Sequence record: SRR31156797_6607
Direction: 5' to 3' (one strand)
Length of the DNA: 32,090 nucleotides
Part shown: positions 27,992-32,090 of the stretch, piece after piece
Layout of the letters: each line of letters opens with the position of its first letter
Numbering within the stretch: the stretch's first letter is position 1
Made by a program: the position numbers and the translations under genes
The notes under the pieces: model-generated
The model's database searches: none
Seen by the model: the letters and a program-made list of their open reading frames with translations, nothing else
Told to the model about the DNA's origin: nothing

Positions 27992-29245
27992 CTATACTTT
28001 CTTTATTTCTTTTTCAATACTTGCACATATACTTTCAAAACTCCATTTTGAGATGTGCCCTTGGTATTTCTCAGGAGTGTATGATTGATTCAGTAATTCG
28101 CTTAGGTTTTGAATTAGATTATGCATATCATTGCTTTTGAATATCCTTCCAATTTGATTTTTTACAATATCCACAGCACAACCCACTTTATCACTGACCA
28201 ATACAGGCCTTCCACAAGCCAATGCTTCGTTTACTGCTAAGCCCCAGGTTTCTTCTGGTCCCTTTGATGGTAAGCAAAAAACATCAGCCAGGCGATATAC
28301 AACAGGCATATTACTTTGATTTTGAAACGGTAGAAAGATAATATTAGTATCGTCTTTCGCTTGTTTTTTTAGCTCTTGTTCAAGTGGACCGGAGCCAAGG
28401 ATGATTAGTTTTAGTGGTGAGTTGCGAGTTACGGGTTGTGGGTTGCGGGTTGCGAGTTGTGAATGATTAAGTTCTTGGATGGTTTTTAACAAAAGCATCG
28501 GATTTTTCTTTGATTCTAGTTTACCGGCAAATAAAACCACCTTGTCTTCTAAATTAAATCCTAATCTTGTCCGCCATTGTTTTGCTTTTTCTTCTACACT
28601 AGGTTGACTTGAAAATCGTTCGTTATCGATGGCATGAGGAGCATAGATTAATTGACTTTCTTTTAGTCCATGCGCCTTAAAATAAGCTTTACTATTTGTT
28701 CCAACATAAAAGGCATTGTCGATGTATTTGTATACAAAACTAAGGATCGTTTGGCGCAGCCTATACTTGAGTAGCTGTAAAATTATTGATTTGTTGATTT
28801 GTCGATTTGTCGATTTGAATAACTGTTTTAAGCTTTGAATATCGTAGTCTAGTAATGTGCTATCTCCGCGGAACCAAATAGGTACTTTTCCCTTGAAATG
28901 CCTCATTAAGCCAAAGTGACTCTTAAACTTCCATCCAAATACAAGAATTGCATTAGGTGCAAAATTTTTGACTCTGTTTATTAAATCCGGATTATCAATT
29001 CCCTTATAGTTTTTTGATGTTGGATGCTTTGAAACATTCTCTACTAAATCATAACTATAACCTTCTAATAATGGAATATCCCACTCTACTTTATTACCGA
29101 AATCAGGATCATCATATCCATTTATTGCCTGAGGCCAGGTATAAAATACTTTTAGATCTATATGACCTCTATCTGCCAACATCTTAAACCATGGTGCATT
29201 GTATTGTATTGGATGGGTGGTGATGATAGCCAGTTTTTTTTTCAT
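27992..29245 (-). CDS. Glycosyltransferase family 4 (GT-B) carrying two repeat-encoded segments
   Basis: THPIQYNAP, FAGKLESKK, PSKGPEETWGLAVNEALA. Confidence 0.92.
   Translation of the reverse strand: MKKKLAIITTHPIQYNAPWFKMLADRGHIDLKVFYTWPQAINGYDDPDFGNKVEWDIPLLEGYSYDLVENVSKHPTSKNYKGIDNPDLINRVKNFAPNAILVFGWKFKSHFGLMRHFKGKVPIWFRGDSTLLDYDIQSLKQLFKSTNRQINKSIILQLLKYRLRQTILSFVYKYIDNAFYVGTNSKAYFKAHGLKESQLIYAPHAIDNERFSSQPSVEEKAKQWRTRLGFNLEDKVVLFAGKLESKKNPMLLLKTIQELNHSQLATRNPQPVTRNSPLKLIILGSGPLEQELKKQAKDDTNIIFLPFQNQSNMPVVYRLADVFCLPSKGPEETWGLAVNEALACGRPVLVSDKVGCAVDIVKNQIGRIFKSNDMHNLIQNLSELLNQSYTPEKYQGHISKWSFESICASIEKEIKKV
28419..28460. repeat. In-frame 7-bp array (GRGTTGY x6 = 42 nt)
   Basis: gagttgc gagttac gggttgt gggttgc gggttgc gagttgt, encoding SQLATRNPQPVTRNS. 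Confidence 0.9.
28783..28817. repeat. In-frame 8-bp array (TTGTYGAT x4)
   Basis: ttattgat ttgttgat ttgtcgat ttgtcgat ttg, encoding KSTNRQINKSII. Confidence 0.85.
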
Positions 29246-29869
29246 AACCGCATAGTTTTTTTAACCGCAAAGAACGATGAGTTGCATTTATATACCGCAG
29301 AGTGCGCAATGTATGTTTTTAACCGAATAGGCCGTAGAGTTGTTTTATTATCGCTAAGCTCGCAAAGTGTATATTAGTGTGGAATCTGCTTGATGGCTTT
29401 AGCTATTTAAGTTCAATTATAAATTATTGACTACTCTTTTGATACCTTGTTTAAGTAGCGCTACATTGAAATTAATAAGCAAACCTAATTTGTAATTACC
29501 CAATTTAAGATAGGTTAAAGTTTGTGCTAAATGAACATCATTTAAAGCTTCAACACTTTTAAGTTCAATTACCACTTTATTCTCAACAAGTATATCAATT
29601 CTGTACCCACAATCCAGGTTGACTTCTTCAAAAACCAGTGGCATTGATTTTTCTTTTTCAACTATAAAACCTTCTTGTTGAAGTTTGTAATAAAGACATT
29701 CCTGATAAGCTTTTTCTAATAATCCTGGTCCTAATGCCTGGTGTACTTTTATAGCGATACCGATTATTTTAGTGCTTAGTTCATTTTCGGTCATTGTTAG
29801 TTTGGTTTTATATCTTAAGTATGAAAAACTCTGCGCTCTCTGCGTATTCTCATTTAACTTTGCGGTTAA
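29245..29869. mobile_element. Putative inverted-repeat-bounded GxxExxY cassette
   Basis: Left end has several TAACCGCAnAG-like units; right end has CTCTGCG x2 and CTTTGCGGTTAA, the exact inverse of TTAACCGCAAAG at 29261-29272. Mobility is inferred, not shown. Confidence 0.5.
29417..29794 (-). CDS. GxxExxY protein (PD-(D/E)XK nuclease-like)
   Basis: LGPGLLEKAYQ (GxxExxY), RIDILVENKVVIELKS, AQTLTYLK, GLLINF. Confidence 0.93.
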   Translation of the reverse strand: MTENELSTKIIGIAIKVHQALGPGLLEKAYQECLYYKLQQEGFIVEKEKSMPLVFEEVNLDCGYRIDILVENKVVIELKSVEALNDVHLAQTLTYLKLGNYKLGLLINFNVALLKQGIKRVVNNL

Positions 29870-29870
29870 T

Positions 29871-31397
29871 TCAAATTACACTTTCAATCGCTTGCACCAA
29901 CTTCCTTGCTGATTCTCTAGCTGAATATTGATCAAGGGCAGATAAATCAGGTTGCCACTCTTGTGATTGTAATCTTTTAAGTAATGTTCCCTCAAAAGCT
30001 TTAACAATATCTTCCTGTTTCATTTCTGGCTCGTATCTAACCGTAAATTGATCAGCCTTACAATCTTCCATCACTTTAACAGCTGTACTTTCATGATGAA
30101 AAATACTGACTACAGGACGCTCACTTAAAATAGATTGGTATGTTTTACTGGCGGTGTAATGCTTTTCTGTACTTCCTATAACCATCACAGTGTCGGCTTC
30201 AGATAAAAAGTTTAATATATGCAGAAAAGGATATCTCTCCCTGCTTTCAAAAACTATGTCGTCTATTCCATGATCATTAGCATAGGCAGTAATTCTTTTG
30301 GCAGGATATAAACCTGTTCCAATAAACCAAAGTTGAATGTTATTATCCCAGTAATTAGCTTTTCTTAAATTAGAGATAGCCTTAAAGAAGGCATCCATAA
30401 GTACATGACTATTGGGCAGGAATGCTCCAGCGTAAAGCCAGATTTTATGTTGATCGTTAGATCTATTAGTCGTTAGGTCATTAGAAGCGTCTTTATGATT
30501 ATCTTCATTATTGCTAACTTCCGACAGGTTACTGTTTACTGGTAACCGATCACTGCTAAGCCATGGATATTGTATATTTTCTAACTTTATTTTATGGTCA
30601 TTGGGGTCGAAACCATATGGCATACCTACATGGGTGATGGGACGCTTGGTATGGGGATTGATGATTTTGCTTGTTAGATCGTTAGGTTTATAGGTCATTA
30701 GGCTATCAGTAGTATTTTGAATATTAGAATGTTGACTACTGACTAATAACTGTTGACTGATTTCAGAGAAGTTTCGTTGAATGACCGGCGCATAATAAGG
30801 CGTTGAGACTCCACTAATCACACTTACTTTTTTAATAGCAATCGGTTCTAAAAAACGAGCTACCCATTGACTAAAAACAGCTCTTATATTTCGCTGGTTA
30901 CTTAAATCACGTACCCAGGGATCTATATAGTCTATCCCATAAGGTACTTTTGTTTTATTGTATAACAAGCGACCAAATAATGCATTATAAAATGAAGGAA
31001 TAGGTAACCAAATAAAGTCTATTTCTTCTGTGGCTATAATGTGTTTGGCTTCCTTGTATAGTTGAAAAAAAGAACGTAAACCAATGTCTCCGATTAAACG
31101 AACTGAATAATTAAAAGTGATTAGCGAATGTATAATACGAAGAAAAATAAACCCTTTACGTTTCGTTTTTTGCGATTTATTTGAAGGTAAAGCATCTACT
31201 CTTGTTACCTTAAAATCTTCAGAAAATATCTTAAAAAAATCCTTATCAGGATTTTCTTCAAAATAGTTTTCTTTTACAGTAAGAACCCTGGGAGTCCAGC
31301 CAAACTCTTTTAAATAATTTCCAATTAATCGAGGACGTTGAACACCAGCCAAATTTGCAGGATACCAATGTGGATATATAATGAGAATATTTTTCAA
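29871..31397 (-). CDS. GT-B fold glycosyltransferase-like protein with repeat-encoded insertions
   Basis: AGVQRPR, DYIDPW, PYGFD, YAGAF and ASK motifs typical of polysaccharide-locus GT4-like proteins; TTG start. Confidence 0.75.
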   Translation of the reverse strand: MKNILIIYPHWYPANLAGVQRPRLIGNYLKEFGWTPRVLTVKENYFEENPDKDFFKIFSEDFKVTRVDALPSNKSQKTKRKGFIFLRIIHSLITFNYSVRLIGDIGLRSFFQLYKEAKHIIATEEIDFIWLPIPSFYNALFGRLLYNKTKVPYGIDYIDPWVRDLSNQRNIRAVFSQWVARFLEPIAIKKVSVISGVSTPYYAPVIQRNFSEISQQLLVSSQHSNIQNTTDSLMTYKPNDLTSKIINPHTKRPITHVGMPYGFDPNDHKIKLENIQYPWLSSDRLPVNSNLSEVSNNEDNHKDASNDLTTNRSNDQHKIWLYAGAFLPNSHVLMDAFFKAISNLRKANYWDNNIQLWFIGTGLYPAKRITAYANDHGIDDIVFESRERYPFLHILNFLSEADTVMVIGSTEKHYTASKTYQSILSERPVVSIFHHESTAVKVMEDCKADQFTVRYEPEMKQEDIVKAFEGTLLKRLQSQEWQPDLSALDQYSARESARKLVQAIESVI

Positions 31398-31452
31398 AAT
31401 TTATTGTTTTATTGTCTTACAGATTCTTAAAAACTTCCTTGTATTAATTAAT

Positions 31453-32090
31453 CTAAAAATCAATAGTCTTATGCCAAACATCAACTAACTTCTTATTTTC
31501 ATTTTCCCAGCTCAAACCATCTCTTATTTCTTTTGTTTCTTCACCTAAGTCTGTAAATGAATTATAAGCCGGAATACATTTTAGAATCCCCTCTTTTATT
31601 TGTTCTGCACTTTGCCCACAGACCATTCCTATTTGTGGATATTTACGAATGAAGTTTTCTTGAGCCAAGGTATTAGTTGCCAATATGAATATGCCTGCTT
31701 GTGCATATGTCATAATTTTATTGGTTAAACAAATTTGTCGATTTAGATCCGTATTGTTGAATTCTAATGCAAGTCCAACATCATGGTTTGCCAGCTCTTT
31801 GTGAAGATTTATTTGGGATAATGGAGGAATGATCGTAAGGTTAATGGGTTGAAAGGTTGATTGGTCGTAAGGTTTTAAGGTTTTAATAAAAGGTTGAATG
31901 ACTTGTTGGTTAAAATCCGAATCCATATCACCAATGATGGTTAGATTGATAGGTTGCCTGTTTGAAAGGTCATTAGATTTATAAAGAAGAGTCAGTGCTT
32001 CGAATAATTGCTCTAAACCACGACCAAATGAGATTTTTTGACTGAACCAGACTAATTTTAGTTGATTTGTTGATTTGTTGATTTGTTGAT
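31453..32090 (-). CDS. Glycosyltransferase (GT4-like), 5'-truncated by the window edge
   Basis: The frame stays open to the window end (QQINKSTNQLKLVWFSQKISFGRGLEQL...), then HDVGLALE and CLTNKIMTYAQAG; the Met at 31926 is internal. Confidence 0.8.
   Translation of the reverse strand, partial: QQINKSTNQLKLVWFSQKISFGRGLEQLFEALTLLYKSNDLSNRQPINLTIIGDMDSDFNQQVIQPFIKTLKPYDQSTFQPINLTIIPPLSQINLHKELANHDVGLALEFNNTDLNRQICLTNKIMTYAQAGIFILATNTLAQENFIRKYPQIGMVCGQSAEQIKEGILKCIPAYNSFTDLGEETKEIRDGLSWENENKKLVDVWHKTIDF
32061..32090. repeat. In-frame 8-bp array (GTTGATTT)n running off the window
   Basis: gttgattt gttgattt gttgattt gttgat. Confidence 0.9.

Noticed and set aside
29234-29242. A9 tract after the GT start codon (and A8 at 26278-26285) as phase-variation switches
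   Set aside because: Short A-runs encoding N-terminal lysines are common in AT-rich Bacteroidota genes; there is no further support.
20260-30693. Short shadow ORFs (20260, 20992, 21883, 29162, 30511)
   Set aside because: They overlap real genes or translate repeat DNA.
31095-31185. Possible third insertion in the 508-aa GT (SNKSQKTKRKGFIFLRIIHSLITFNYS)
   Set aside because: It looks out of place, but there is no clear DNA periodicity and it cannot be supported without an ortholog alignment.
29871-31397. Pseudogene call for the repeat-laden glycosyltransferase
   Set aside because: The reading frame is uninterrupted and the motifs are retained.

Overview
AT-rich chromosomal segment, most likely from a Bacteroidota anaerobe (TAnnTTTG promoter elements, TonB-dependent receptor, CarboxypepD_reg-like proteins). 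Left half: aspartate aminotransferase, a stand-alone Wzc-type tyrosine kinase next to murB, a minus-strand DUF134/NifX/DUF89/MinD-ferredoxin operon with a twin palindromic operator, a TonB receptor, YyaL, DUF3820, serB and a THUMP methyltransferase. Right half: a Cys-tailed NifX protein, a four-helix-bundle (23S rRNA-IVP/Avd-like) gene, class I fumarase, and the distal end of a surface-polysaccharide locus (several GT4 enzymes, a Wzy-like protein, a nucleotidyltransferase, a GxxExxY gene). The most unusual signal is a dispersed set of degenerate 7- and 8-bp tandem arrays from about 16.5 kb to the end. They form two matching hairpin ends around the four-helix-bundle gene, build a recurring composite element with a conserved 20-bp core, sit against stop and start codons with a largely consistent polarity, and occur in frame inside glycosyltransferase genes. 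The GxxExxY gene has its own inverted-repeat-bounded cassette. All family assignments are from motif recognition by eye, not database searches.
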